This document shows, piece by piece, positions 1-9,077 of a DNA stretch of 36,518 nt; the stretch's first letter is position 1, and each line of letters opens with the position of its first letter. Position numbers and translations under genes: made by a program. The stretch is from Candidatus Saccharibacteria bacterium RIFCSPHIGHO2_12_FULL_49_19 (GTDB lineage: Bacteria; Patescibacteriota; Saccharimonadia; Saccharimonadales; UBA10212): positions 1 through 36,518 of the forward strand of contig MGCX01000010.1 of the NCBI GenBank assembly GCA_001788565.1, read 5' to 3'. Under the pieces are notes generated by a model. The model had not been told where the DNA came from, searched no databases, and saw nothing but the letters and a program-made list of their open reading frames with translations.

Positions 1-308
1 ACCAGTGGCTGTTCATACTGGCTGATCTGATAACCCTTGGGCAGATCCGGATAAAAGTAATGCTTGCGGTCAAACTTAGAAAACTTCTGAATATCGCCGT
101 TGAGTGCAAAGCCAGCCATAACTGCCAGTTCAACGGCCTTTTCATTCAGTACCGGTAAAGCTCCCGGCATCCCGACATCGATATGGCTAATTAGGGTGTT
201 GGGGGCAGCTTTCCGGGCATCATTACCGACGGCTGAAAAAAGCTTGGTCTTGGTTTTAAGCTGAACATGGGTCTCCACGCCAATCGAGGGTAAATATTTG
301 CTACTCAT
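1..308 (-). CDS. gatB: Asp-tRNA(Asn)/Glu-tRNA(Gln) amidotransferase subunit B, 5' part (runs off window start)
   Basis: Manual translation from ATG at 308: [24 protein letters not shown]...[10 protein letters not shown]...[20 protein letters not shown]; GAGGGA upstream; downstream of gatCA. Confidence 0.97.
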   Translation of the reverse strand, partial: MSSKYLPSIGVETHVQLKTKTKLFSAVGNDARKAAPNTLISHIDVGMPGALPVLNEKAVELAVMAGFALNGDIQKFSKFDRKHYFYPDLPKGYQISQYEQPL

Positions 309-322
309 CTTTTCCCTCGATT

Positions 323-449
323 GACAATGTTCAATAGACAATATTCAATGGACAATGAATAGTTAATGAAGCAATGATTCAATGGGTTGCTATTGCTGCA
401 TTGAGCATTAGTACATTCATTGAGCCTTGAGCATTGATAATTGAGCATT
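323..449. repeat. Degenerate heptamer tandem repeats forming a long imperfect inverted repeat
   Basis: Left arm gaCAATG ttCAATA gaCAATA ttCAATG gaCAATG...; right arm CATTGag CATTAgta catt CATTGag CCTTGag CATTGat AATTGag CATT; centre near 387-390. Confidence 0.85.
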
Positions 450-451
450 TC

Positions 452-865
452 TTATAGCGCTCCTAAATCACGCAGGCCGCACTTGAATCCGGCTAGAGCA
501 TTTTGGGCCTCACGTTTTTTTAAGCGTACGGTAGGTTCGTGCACCAGCCGGTTGCGCAGCTTGTGGGCGTACCACACGGCATCGTTATCTGATATCAGCC
601 GCTGGGCAGCTACCAAACGCTCTCCCATAGTTTTACCTCTAAAGCCATATTTTTTGAGAGCTTCGTCCAGCAGCTTGTCAGCGTCAATAATTGCCAGCAC
701 CATACCTTCTGGAGTTTTGACACCGGCAAGTATTTCCGCCCATCTTGCTCGGAAGTACTCTTGATTGAGCCTTTTGGGCAAACGACGACTTAAGGCGCCA
801 ACTGCCACCAACATAACGACAGCGAAGATGATGGCGGCAATTAGAAAAATAGTTGTGCTGTTCAC
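452..865 (-). CDS. Membrane-anchored hypothetical protein with HEPN/DUF4145-like RxxxxH motif
   Basis: N-terminal hydrophobic helix; AIIDADKLLDEALK, GKTMGERL, AHKLRNRLVHE; GTG start overlaps gatA stop (GTGA). Confidence 0.8.
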   Translation of the reverse strand: MNSTTIFLIAAIIFAVVMLVAVGALSRRLPKRLNQEYFRARWAEILAGVKTPEGMVLAIIDADKLLDEALKKYGFRGKTMGERLVAAQRLISDNDAVWYAHKLRNRLVHEPTVRLKKREAQNALAGFKCGLRDLGAL

Positions 866-2289
866 AACAGTTCCTCACATGCTTTGGTAATTTCAAGCAG
901 TTTACGGTCACCCTTCATCGGCCCGATAAGCTGGAGTCCGACGGGCAGCTCAGAGCTCAAACCAGCGGGTATGCTTATAGCTGGATTACCGCTCATATTG
1001 GCGGCGACCGTCATAATGTCCGACAAGTACATGCTCAAGGGGTCATTGACCTTTTCACCGATTTTAAAGGCTGTCGTCGGAGAAGTTGGGCCAACAAGAA
1101 CATCATACTTCTCAAAGGCATCGGCGAACTCGGAAATTATTTTAGTACGGACCGTCTGGGCTTTTTTGTAATAAGCGTCGTAGTAGCCACTGGAAAGTAC
1201 ATAAGTGCCAATCATTATGCGCCGCTTGGCTTCCGCTCCGAATCCTTTTTCTCGGCTTAGCTCGTAGCTGGAAAGCAGGTCTGTGGCCGACTGCTCGCTA
1301 TACCCATAGCGCTGACCATCATAGCGCGCCAAGTTACTGCTCACTTCTGCCGGGCAAACGATGTAGTAAACAGCTAACGCTAGGGGCAGACTGGGAAGGC
1401 TGACCTCAGAAATTTCGGCTCCGGCACTTTTAAGCTTATTTACCGCACCATCGATAACCTGCTTGACTCCGAGCTCCAGGCCTTCGGCCATATATTCACG
1501 TATGATTCCAATCTTGGCCGCATTCAGCTGATAGCTGCTGGTGGATAGCTGATAGCCCTTCGAATCTTTTTCTATAGTTGTTGAGTCTAGCTCGTCACGA
1601 CCGGCTATGATATCGAGTATGGCCGCTGTGTCGTCGAGATTCCTGGTTATCGGACCAATCACGTCAGTACTGGAAGCCATGGCAATCACCCCGCTGCGGC
1701 TCACTAAGCCATAGGTGGGCTTATAGCCAACTACTCCGCAAAAACCGGCTGGCTGGCGGATCGAACCACCGGTATCGGTACCTAGGGCAAATGGAACAAT
1801 ATCTAATGCTACAGCCGCGGCTGAGCCGCCGGAGCTGCCCCCCGGTACTCTGGTTTTGTCATGGGGGTTCTTAGTGACGAAAAAGTCACTGTTTTCAGTG
1901 CTGGAGCCATGCGCGAAAGCATCGAGGTTTGACTTGGCTATTAAGATTGCGCCCTCGGCCTCCAATCGCTCAATCGCCGTAGCCTGATAAGGAGCTTCAA
2001 ATGGTTTCAAGATATTACTGGATGCGGTGGTCTTGGCTCCATACGCTAAAAAGTTGTCTTTAGCAATAAACGGCACTCCAGCCAAACGGCCAGCTTCCCC
2101 ACCTTGGGCAACCAGCGCATCCGACTTCGAAGCTCTTTCTCTAGCCCTTTCAGCTGTTATCTCAATAACTGTTTGATACTCTTGCTTAGCTTCCAGATTC
2201 TTTAGGGCAGTCTCAACCAAGTCAGAAGCCTTTAGCTTCCCCGACTTCACTTGCTTGGCAATATCAGAAATAGCTGGCCAGTTGCTCAC
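862..2289 (-). CDS. gatA: Amidotransferase subunit A
   Basis: Amidase signature PGGSSGGSAAAVA, GTDTGGSIRQPA, KPTYGLVSR, EVSSNLARYDG, KRRIMIGTYVLSSGYYDAYY. Confidence 0.98.
   Translation of the reverse strand: MSNWPAISDIAKQVKSGKLKASDLVETALKNLEAKQEYQTVIEITAERARERASKSDALVAQGGEAGRLAGVPFIAKDNFLAYGAKTTASSNILKPFEAPYQATAIERLEAEGAILIAKSNLDAFAHGSSTENSDFFVTKNPHDKTRVPGGSSGGSAAAVALDIVPFALGTDTGGSIRQPAGFCGVVGYKPTYGLVSRSGVIAMASSTDVIGPITRNLDDTAAILDIIAGRDELDSTTIEKDSKGYQLSTSSYQLNAAKIGIIREYMAEGLELGVKQVIDGAVNKLKSAGAEISEVSLPSLPLALAVYYIVCPAEVSSNLARYDGQRYGYSEQSATDLLSSYELSREKGFGAEAKRRIMIGTYVLSSGYYDAYYKKAQTVRTKIISEFADAFEKYDVLVGPTSPTTAFKIGEKVNDPLSMYLSDIMTVAANMSGNPAISIPAGLSSELPVGLQLIGPMKGDRKLLEITKACEELL
1524..1556. repeat. 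In-frame heptamer tandem repeat inside gatA
   Basis: AGCTGAT AGCTGCT GGTGGAT AGCTGAT AGC, encoding YQLSTSSYQL on the minus strand. Confidence 0.65.
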
Positions 2290-2297
2290 GGTATCTG

Positions 2298-2588
2298 TTA
2301 AATGACTCTTTTTACTTTGAACTGGTTGGCTTGAACAGCCGGAGCGTTTTTTAGAAGCTCCGCTGGCTTAGCCTGATACTCTTTTAGCTCGTCAGTACGG
2401 GTAATGTTCTTTAAACCGGTCACTTGATAGGTTGGTTCCAGCCCGCTGGTGTCAACTTTATCCAACTGTCTGACGTATTCCAAAATGACTGATAGCTCAT
2501 TTGGCAAACGACTGATTTCTTCTTCTGTTAGTTTTAATCGTGCGAGTTGAGCCAGCTTTAAAAGCTCCTCGCGGGATATAACGCTCAT
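2298..2588 (-). CDS. gatC: Amidotransferase subunit C
   Basis: ISREELLKLAQLARLKL...ILEYVRQLDKVDTSGLEPT...LLKNAP; directly upstream of gatA. Confidence 0.95.
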   Translation of the reverse strand: MSVISREELLKLAQLARLKLTEEEISRLPNELSVILEYVRQLDKVDTSGLEPTYQVTGLKNITRTDELKEYQAKPAELLKNAPAVQANQFKVKRVI

Positions 2589-2596
2589 TACTGCCC

Positions 2597-2605
2597 AGTA
2601 TATCA
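2597..2605 (-). promoter_or_regulatory. Extended -10 promoter of gatCAB (near-leaderless)
   Basis: TGaTATACT, 8 nt before gatC ATG, no SD. Confidence 0.65.
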
Positions 2606-2652
2606 GATGAGCGCGGTTGGATTACACTCCTAACTAACACCTTGGTTGAACG

Positions 2653-3225
2653 CTAAAAGATTGTAGTATCGGGATACCTCTCGGCTAGATCAGCTATCGG
2701 CACGTTTTGCTCAACTATTGAAATACTGTGCGATACTACTAGCTTTTTTTGACCGGGGATATAAACACCAAGGCCAACTCCCCAATCATTTCTACCTGCC
2801 CTCATGGCGATGATTGATTGGTCTGTCGATTCTAGATAACCCAAGTCAGTCTCACCGCTCGGTAAGACCCCAACACGGCTTTGTCCTTTATACGTCATAG
2901 CAGCCGCCAATTGACCCTGAGTCTCTTTTTTAATATCAAGTAGGGCGGTTCGTCCTGAGCCGACTACTACAACCTCTTTCTTAAGTCTCGGCATGATCAT
3001 GGTCAGTGGTGAGGCCTCAGGGTCAGCCTCACCTACAGGTAGGTGAACAGGCCAATCTTCCTCATCGACGACCTCGCTGACACCTCTCCAGATCGTCTGA
3101 CGGTATTGTGGAGAGTTACAGCCGGCAAAAAGCCATATCATAGCCTGTGCTATAGCATTAGGTCTTTGGACTTTTTCACCAAGGTCCATGGCCCAGTTAG
3201 GCGTGTCCGGTTTTCGTCTCGTCAT
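2653..3225 (-). CDS. Hypothetical protein (190 aa)
   Basis: Fills the gap between uvrB and gatC, same strand, AAGGTAGG upstream; no recognised motif. Confidence 0.65.
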   Translation of the reverse strand: MTRRKPDTPNWAMDLGEKVQRPNAIAQAMIWLFAGCNSPQYRQTIWRGVSEVVDEEDWPVHLPVGEADPEASPLTMIMPRLKKEVVVVGSGRTALLDIKKETQGQLAAAMTYKGQSRVGVLPSGETDLGYLESTDQSIIAMRAGRNDWGVGLGVYIPGQKKLVVSHSISIVEQNVPIADLAERYPDTTIF

Positions 3226-3235
3226 TAAACCTACC

Positions 3236-5194
3236 TTACAACTTTTCTTTAATTTCAGATATTAAGTCACGGAGTTCGGCTGCTTTTTCAAACTCTAGGT
3301 TGGCGGCTGCCAAATCCATCTGTGAAGTCAAATCCTTAATCAGGAAACCATACTCGTCCTTTGGTATTTTCTTGAGGTTCAGCTTAGGTTTCTTCTCAGC
3401 TACAGTCCGGGGCAGCATCTCGCCCACCGCGCGTTTAATACTCTCTGGCTTGATATTATGTTGCTTATTATAGGATTGCTGAATACCACGTCGGCGCTTA
3501 GTTTCGGAGGTGGCCCGCTGCATACTGCCGGTTAGTCCATCGGCATACATGATTACATGGCCTTCAATGTGCCGGGAGGCCCGTCCGATTGTCTGAATCA
3601 GCGACTGTTCGGACCGTAGGAAACCTTCTTTATCGGCATCCAGTATCGCCACCAACGATACTTCGGGAAGGTCTAAGCCCTCACGCAAGAGATTGATGCC
3701 CACTAAAACATCGTAGACGCCTAGCCTCAAGTCGCGTAGCAGATCGGTGCGCTCCAGAGTATCAATTTCACTATGGATATAGGCTACTTTAATGTTTAGA
3801 TCCTTCAGATATTCGGCTAAGTCCTCGGCCATGCGTTTGGTCAAAGTGGTGACTAAAACACGGTGGCCCTTGTTGGTCGTGTCGCGGATTTCGGCGATCA
3901 AATCATCTATCTGACCTTTAACCGGTCGAACTTCTACCTTGGGATCGATTAGACCTGTCGGTCGGATAACCTGTTGGACTGGTTCAGGCGACCGGGTCAG
4001 CTCATATTCGGCCGGTGTAGCACTGACATAGACTACTTGGTTCACATGCCGCTCAAACTCTGAAAAAGTCAGCGGCCGGTTATCCAACGCACTTGGCAGC
4101 CGGAAGCCGTGTTCTACTAAGACTTCTTTGCGAGCTCGATCGCCATGGTACATTCCTCTAACTTGCGGAATGCTCATATGCGACTCGTCAATCAGCAACA
4201 GATAATCATCAGGGAAGTAATCCATGAGTGTAGCTGGTTGCTCACCGGCCTCGCGGTTGGTTAAATAGCGACTGTAGTTTTCAATCCCCTTCACAAAGCC
4301 GGTTTGTTCTAACATTTCCAGATCGAACTTAACTCTCTGCTCCAAGCGTTGAGCTTCCAGCAATTTGCCGTGTTTTTGAAAGAATGCCAGCCGCCCTTTG
4401 GTCTCTTCCCGGATCTTATCCAGAGCGTATAAGAGTTTCTGACGGGGCGTTACATAGTGGCTGCCGGGAAATATATTCAGTTTTCCGAGCAACTTTTCCA
4501 CTTCACCGGTTAAGGGGTTAATGCGAGTAATTTTCTCAATCTCCTCGCCAAAAAAATCGATTCGATAGGCACTTTCCTCACCGGCTGGAAAAATATCTAC
4601 CACATCACCACGAACCCGGAAATTCCCCCGCTCAAAAGCCATATCGTTACGCCGGTATTGAATATCGGTTAGCTGACGCAGTAGTTTGTCGCGAACCCGT
4701 TTTTCACCGGTCTTTAGTTTTATCGCCATATGCTCATAGTCATCCACTGAACCGATACCATATATACACGACACACTGGCTACAATAACTGCGTCGCGCC
4801 GGGACAGTAGACCGGCAGTAGCGGCGTGGCGCAGCCGGTCGATCTCTTCGTTGATGTCACTATCTTTTTCAATATAAGTATCAGTGCGCGGAAGATAGGC
4901 TTCCGGCTGATAATAATCAAAGTAGCTCACAAAATAATGGACGGCATTGTTCGGGAAAAATTGCCTAAATTCATTATAAAGTTGCGCCGCTAAGGTTTTG
5001 TTATGACTTAAGACTAAAGTTGGCTTCCCCGTGTTGGCAATCAAGTTAGCCATGGTGAAAGTCTTGCCGCTTCCGGTAACTCCCAACAGTACCTGATGCT
5101 TTTCACCACGAATCAGCCCGTCGGTCAGCTTGACTATAGCCGCCGGCTGGTCTCCTGTAGGTTTGTACTCACTAGATAGCTGAAACTTAGCCAT
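3236..5194 (-). CDS. uvrB: Excinuclease ABC subunit B
   Basis: [46 protein letters not shown]-terminal UVR domain; second ATG (5194) preferred because it lies 6 nt after TGcTAAAAT. Confidence 0.99.
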   Translation of the reverse strand: MAKFQLSSEYKPTGDQPAAIVKLTDGLIRGEKHQVLLGVTGSGKTFTMANLIANTGKPTLVLSHNKTLAAQLYNEFRQFFPNNAVHYFVSYFDYYQPEAYLPRTDTYIEKDSDINEEIDRLRHAATAGLLSRRDAVIVASVSCIYGIGSVDDYEHMAIKLKTGEKRVRDKLLRQLTDIQYRRNDMAFERGNFRVRGDVVDIFPAGEESAYRIDFFGEEIEKITRINPLTGEVEKLLGKLNIFPGSHYVTPRQKLLYALDKIREETKGRLAFFQKHGKLLEAQRLEQRVKFDLEMLEQTGFVKGIENYSRYLTNREAGEQPATLMDYFPDDYLLLIDESHMSIPQVRGMYHGDRARKEVLVEHGFRLPSALDNRPLTFSEFERHVNQVVYVSATPAEYELTRSPEPVQQVIRPTGLIDPKVEVRPVKGQIDDLIAEIRDTTNKGHRVLVTTLTKRMAEDLAEYLKDLNIKVAYIHSEIDTLERTDLLRDLRLGVYDVLVGINLLREGLDLPEVSLVAILDADKEGFLRSEQSLIQTIGRASRHIEGHVIMYADGLTGSMQRATSETKRRRGIQQSYNKQHNIKPESIKRAVGEMLPRTVAEKKPKLNLKKIPKDEYGFLIKDLTSQMDLAAANLEFEKAAELRDLISEIKEKL

Positions 5195-5200
5195 CATCTA

Positions 5201-5209
5201 ATTTTAGCA
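5201..5209 (-). promoter_or_regulatory. Extended -10 promoter of uvrB (leaderless)
   Basis: TGcTAAAAT, 6 nt before ATG 5194. Confidence 0.65.
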
Positions 5210-5226
5210 ACCTGAGCCGATTTGTT

Positions 5227-5811
5227 CTAAGAGGAGTAGATGTCCCGGTAGGGCTGATGAATCTTATCAAGGAGGCTAGCCAGCTTAGCAATAAGTTCAT
5301 CTGGCTGTTCTTCAAAGATGACTAGCTCCGGATCGGCATTGGGTAAGAGCTCCAATATTTTTTCGATCTGAGCGCTAATTCCCCCGGCACTCTCTAGTAC
5401 ACCAATAGGTGTGTGAGTCTCTGCCGCAATCGTAAATTCGTGTAAAGTACCTAAACGTCCGCCTATAGTCACCACCGCATCGGCAGCGTTAATAAGCAAT
5501 GCATCTCGGCCGCCGTAGTGCAGACCGGTATATAAAACGGCATCATAATACTCCATCGGCAGATGGTACTTTAGGATGTGCTCAACCTTAGTTGCGGCCG
5601 GGCTTAAGCCCAGACTCATCTGCCCGCCGGCTTTTTTATAACCTATGGCGGCGTACTCCGGCAGCCCGGTGGTCGCTCCAGTAAGCAGGGTATACCCGGC
5701 TTTAGCTATCGACGCCCCCAGGGCTTGGGCAAGCTGGCGACCCTGCTGGACACTCTGGCCTCTGGCAGCTCCAGAGACACAAATCTGATACTTCCCACCC
5801 CTATGCTTCAT
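5227..5811 (-). CDS. LOG/SLOG family nucleotide-binding protein
   Basis: ICVSGAA, LLTGATTGLP, GLSPA, GGRLGTLHE; ATGA overlap with upstream gene. Confidence 0.85.
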   Translation of the reverse strand: MKHRGGKYQICVSGAARGQSVQQGRQLAQALGASIAKAGYTLLTGATTGLPEYAAIGYKKAGGQMSLGLSPAATKVEHILKYHLPMEYYDAVLYTGLHYGGRDALLINAADAVVTIGGRLGTLHEFTIAAETHTPIGVLESAGGISAQIEKILELLPNADPELVIFEEQPDELIAKLASLLDKIHQPYRDIYSS

Positions 5812-7094
5812 CGGCTAATACTCCACCTTGGTCCTAGTAAACTGCTTAGTCTGACTTCAGGACCGTAGCTTTTCGGGGAAGCGGGCCGCGGCTGGTCGCC
5901 AGACACTTGATCATACACCAGCTGATTAACCCCCTCGTAGTAGAGATACCGACTGATCAGCTCATCATTTAGAGCCTGCCTAGCAGATAGGCTGGAGCGC
6001 TCGGCAAACTCTGAGGACCTGGCGTGATCGGTTGCAATATCAATAATATTTAGCGAGACGGTCCCGTGGCGCCCATTACCATATATCAAATATTCGTTTT
6101 GGGCCCACCAAATCAGAGCCGGATGCAGCCCAGCCAGTACTTGTCGCTGTGAGATTTCAAAAGAAGCCTGAGAGCTAATAAGAATTGGCTCTAGCAGGTC
6201 TGCGCCAAGCTGTTTAGCCGGTTGGTGGCAAAGGTGTCTCCAGACGCTTCGCCAAGTAATTGCCTGGCCGGTAAGCGTCAGAATCCCCGGCATCCGTTGC
6301 GGCCACTGTGCAGCGGCTATTTTAGGAAATTTGGTTTGCATATGATAGGGGGTTAGGCTAGCCGACCAGCTGTGCAATTCATCAAGAGCCTGCAAAGTAA
6401 GTGAGATAACTCCTAAAGTTGTCATCCGCTTAGCTAGCTGGTTGGGCCAAATTACTGCCAAGCCAACTTCCGGACGCGCTGTTACTAATGGTCGCTTGAT
6501 ATTAACTCCCGTCCAGAACCTGTCATCAAGGACCACAGTTCGAGGGGCTATCAGTTCGATATCCTGACTTCTTAAGTTAGCAATGGATCGGCTAATCGTC
6601 TTTTGCCAGCGTGACGACTCCATTAGCCAGGCGGCGGCGAATAGTAGTTGAGGATTTTCTCGTTTGAGCATTGATGCGATGGAGCGGTAACTGAGGTGCT
6701 TTTGTAGATGCCGAGGCGGGTGATCTCGAAGCAGTTTTTTGATAGCTGGTGGTGTTAAGCTCCAGATTTGACCTTGATAGTTTACGGCCTCTAGAGCCCG
6801 GCCGATCCGCAGGTAGCGGCTTTCCAGATCATCGTGTTCCTGCTCACCAAGAGCGGTGGCGAATACCTCACTAACGGACTGATAAGCTATCCGCATGGCT
6901 CGGTAGAGTTCCTCGGGACTAGTGTCCGAAGGATCCAGGCCTAGATCGGCAATCCTTGAACAGCAGGCGGCCGTTACTTCAGACGTTAATCTGGTATCTT
7001 CACTCGGGTAACCACTCAGATCTTCTAGGTGATTTATGAATTTATTAAACGAGGTTTGAGGCCAGTCAAGAGCATCAGCTAAAAAGTTTGACAT
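5808..7094 (-). CDS. Hypothetical protein (428 aa)
   Basis: Long ORF overlapping the pfkB stop (TGATG) and the LOG start (ATGA); no recognised motif. Confidence 0.8.
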   Translation of the reverse strand: MSNFLADALDWPQTSFNKFINHLEDLSGYPSEDTRLTSEVTAACCSRIADLGLDPSDTSPEELYRAMRIAYQSVSEVFATALGEQEHDDLESRYLRIGRALEAVNYQGQIWSLTPPAIKKLLRDHPPRHLQKHLSYRSIASMLKRENPQLLFAAAWLMESSRWQKTISRSIANLRSQDIELIAPRTVVLDDRFWTGVNIKRPLVTARPEVGLAVIWPNQLAKRMTTLGVISLTLQALDELHSWSASLTPYHMQTKFPKIAAAQWPQRMPGILTLTGQAITWRSVWRHLCHQPAKQLGADLLEPILISSQASFEISQRQVLAGLHPALIWWAQNEYLIYGNGRHGTVSLNIIDIATDHARSSEFAERSSLSARQALNDELISRYLYYEGVNQLVYDQVSGDQPRPASPKSYGPEVRLSSLLGPRWSISR

Positions 7095-8110
7095 CAGTGA
7101 CTACCGTTAAGCCTTTCCGGATGGTAACCCGGAGGCGCACTCCGTAAATAGTGGTCAATCTCTCGCTCATCTAGTAGTCCTGCCTGAGCGCCGACTTTCT
7201 GGACCACGCTCATCGCGTTAATTGGCGCCCAGAGCAAAGCGGTCTGGATATCAGCGCCCTTGGCCAGGGCGGCGACAAAAGTTGAGGTAAAGGCGTCACC
7301 GGCCCCGGTGCGTTCATAGGGCGGTTTGGGATCGGGGTAAATCGGCATCTTCCAGCGGGTGCTGCCATCAGAGGCATAAGCCCCGGCGTGACCGTCACTT
7401 ATTAACACAATTTTGGGGCCCAAGCTGTGCAGCTTATCGAACAGCTTAGGTAAGTTATCACGGTCAGTTTTAGTAATCTCAGCTGCCTCGTCACGGTTTA
7501 CTGCTAAAACCTCGGCTCTTTCGTAGATTTTCTGGAGACGTTTAGTCCCGGCATCTATCTGGAACGTTCCCGGCTGGAAAGCCAGCTTGACAGGAGAGTT
7601 ACCCTCCAGCCAAGCTGCTAGCTGATCGTGGTACTCAAGGGCATGCTCGGAAATCGAGCTGAAATAAATCCACCGTGGAATATCAATTACTCGAAAATGA
7701 GGCCAGTGGTAGTTGTACTGCTCGTGTTTGATCAAGATTGTTCGATCTTCCCTGTACCAGAGCACGTAATGATAGTTACTTTTTTTACCGGTGTTGATAT
7801 GCACAAAGCGGGTATCAACCTTCGCAGCTTGTAGGGTTGTCAGTATTTCTCTGCCCCAATTATCAGCTCCGACGTTGGCGACCAGTCCGGAGCGTAGTCC
7901 TAGTTTGGCAATGGCCACCGAGGCGTTACCGCAGTTACCAACTGCTGGCACTACTTCGGTATGATCAAACGGTACTTTAGCTCCATAAACCATGCTTAAC
8001 CGCGGCTCGTCGTCGGTTTTTTCCACCCTTGCCTGATCATCCAAAAGTTTTATAAAGGCATCGGTCACAACATCGCCAACACTCAGGACATCTAGAGGTT
8101 TTTCGGCCAT
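7094..8110 (-). CDS. PfkB/ribokinase family carbohydrate kinase
   Basis: VGNCGNASVAIAKLG, NVGADNWG, NRDEA, ERTGAGDAFTS. Confidence 0.93.
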   Translation of the reverse strand: MAEKPLDVLSVGDVVTDAFIKLLDDQARVEKTDDEPRLSMVYGAKVPFDHTEVVPAVGNCGNASVAIAKLGLRSGLVANVGADNWGREILTTLQAAKVDTRFVHINTGKKSNYHYVLWYREDRTILIKHEQYNYHWPHFRVIDIPRWIYFSSISEHALEYHDQLAAWLEGNSPVKLAFQPGTFQIDAGTKRLQKIYERAEVLAVNRDEAAEITKTDRDNLPKLFDKLHSLGPKIVLISDGHAGAYASDGSTRWKMPIYPDPKPPYERTGAGDAFTSTFVAALAKGADIQTALLWAPINAMSVVQKVGAQAGLLDEREIDHYLRSAPPGYHPERLNGSH

Positions 8111-8124
8111 AATACTTATGGCTT

Positions 8125-8133
8125 ATTCTAGCA
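8125..8133 (-). promoter_or_regulatory. Extended -10 upstream of pfkB
   Basis: TGcTAGAAT, 14 nt before ATG 8110. Confidence 0.55.
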
Positions 8134-8152
8134 CAGTTTTAGGGGTCGGTTT

Positions 8153-9070
8153 TCAAGTGTCCGGTTGCGCCTTACCGGCTGAGCTAAAGATGTCGATTTT
8201 GCTTTCTACGACTTTTTGGACTTCGGCAATAACATCGCCCATTAGCTTGACCACGGCGTACTCGGTCTTATTTTCAGCCAATTCACGCTCCAGGGTCCGG
8301 CGATATGCCACTCGAATATCACTGTTGATATTGACCTTGCTGACACCGATTTTTACGGCCTGCTCAAAATAGTGCGGTGGGGTACCGCTGCCGCCATGCA
8401 GGGAGATGTTACAATCTATAGCCTCGCGGATTTTAGCTAGGAGTTCCAGATTAAGGATTTTTGGCACTGGATACAGCCCGTGCAAGTTGCCGACCTGAGC
8501 AGCAAAAGTATCAATGCCGGTTTGCTTCACGAAATCGGCGGCCTCTTCCGGTTTGGTCATGGTCTTTTTGACCTGCTCGTAATCGATAGTCTCAGTGTGT
8601 AAGTTGGAGCTTCCCAAAAAGTAGCGCTCTTCGGCTTCCACCAATGCTCCGGTCAACTTGGCCGCTTCGACAACTTCCTTGGTACCGGCAATGATTTCAT
8701 CGCGGGCGGCTTCATGTTTGGCTTGAGAAATATCTATATGGATGCACTCGTATCCGGCCTCAATACCGTCAATGGCTGCCTCCACTGTGGGACTGTGGTC
8801 CAGATTGATGTACATCTCCAGACCAAACTGAGCTTTATAGTTCTCCACCAGATCGCGGACGTTATCTAACCCAATAGCTTCAACCTCATTTTGGCTAACC
8901 TCGACGAGTACCGGCGCTTTCTTGGCATGAGCCGCTTTAGCGACCGCCAGCAGAGTTTCCTGGTTGTCTAAATTAAAAGCCCCGAGCGCAAAGTGCTCGG
9001 AGCGTGTCCGGGCAAAGGCCGCCCTGGCCAGCTCACAGTTTTTTCTAATTTGTCGGAGTGTCAGTGGCAT
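8153..9070 (-). CDS. fba: Class II fructose-bisphosphate aldolase family
   Basis: GAFN, NLDH, VEAE, VGNLHG, SLHGGSG, KVNINSD. Confidence 0.92.
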   Translation of the reverse strand: MPLTLRQIRKNCELARAAFARTRSEHFALGAFNLDNQETLLAVAKAAHAKKAPVLVEVSQNEVEAIGLDNVRDLVENYKAQFGLEMYINLDHSPTVEAAIDGIEAGYECIHIDISQAKHEAARDEIIAGTKEVVEAAKLTGALVEAEERYFLGSSNLHTETIDYEQVKKTMTKPEEAADFVKQTGIDTFAAQVGNLHGLYPVPKILNLELLAKIREAIDCNISLHGGSGTPPHYFEQAVKIGVSKVNINSDIRVAYRRTLERELAENKTEYAVVKLMGDVIAEVQKVVESKIDIFSSAGKAQPDT

Positions 9071-9077
9071 TAGCTGG

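Noticed and set aside
323-449. Repeat region as a CRISPR array
   Set aside because: Units are ~7 nt, degenerate and inverted, with no unique spacers and no cas genes in the window
5210-5230. Possible LexA/SOS box upstream of uvrB (GAGCcgatttGTTC)
   Set aside because: Spacing and left half do not fit GAAC-N4-GTTC
8140-8170. Possible third heptamer tract at the fba stop
   Set aside because: Too short and degenerate to distinguish from chance
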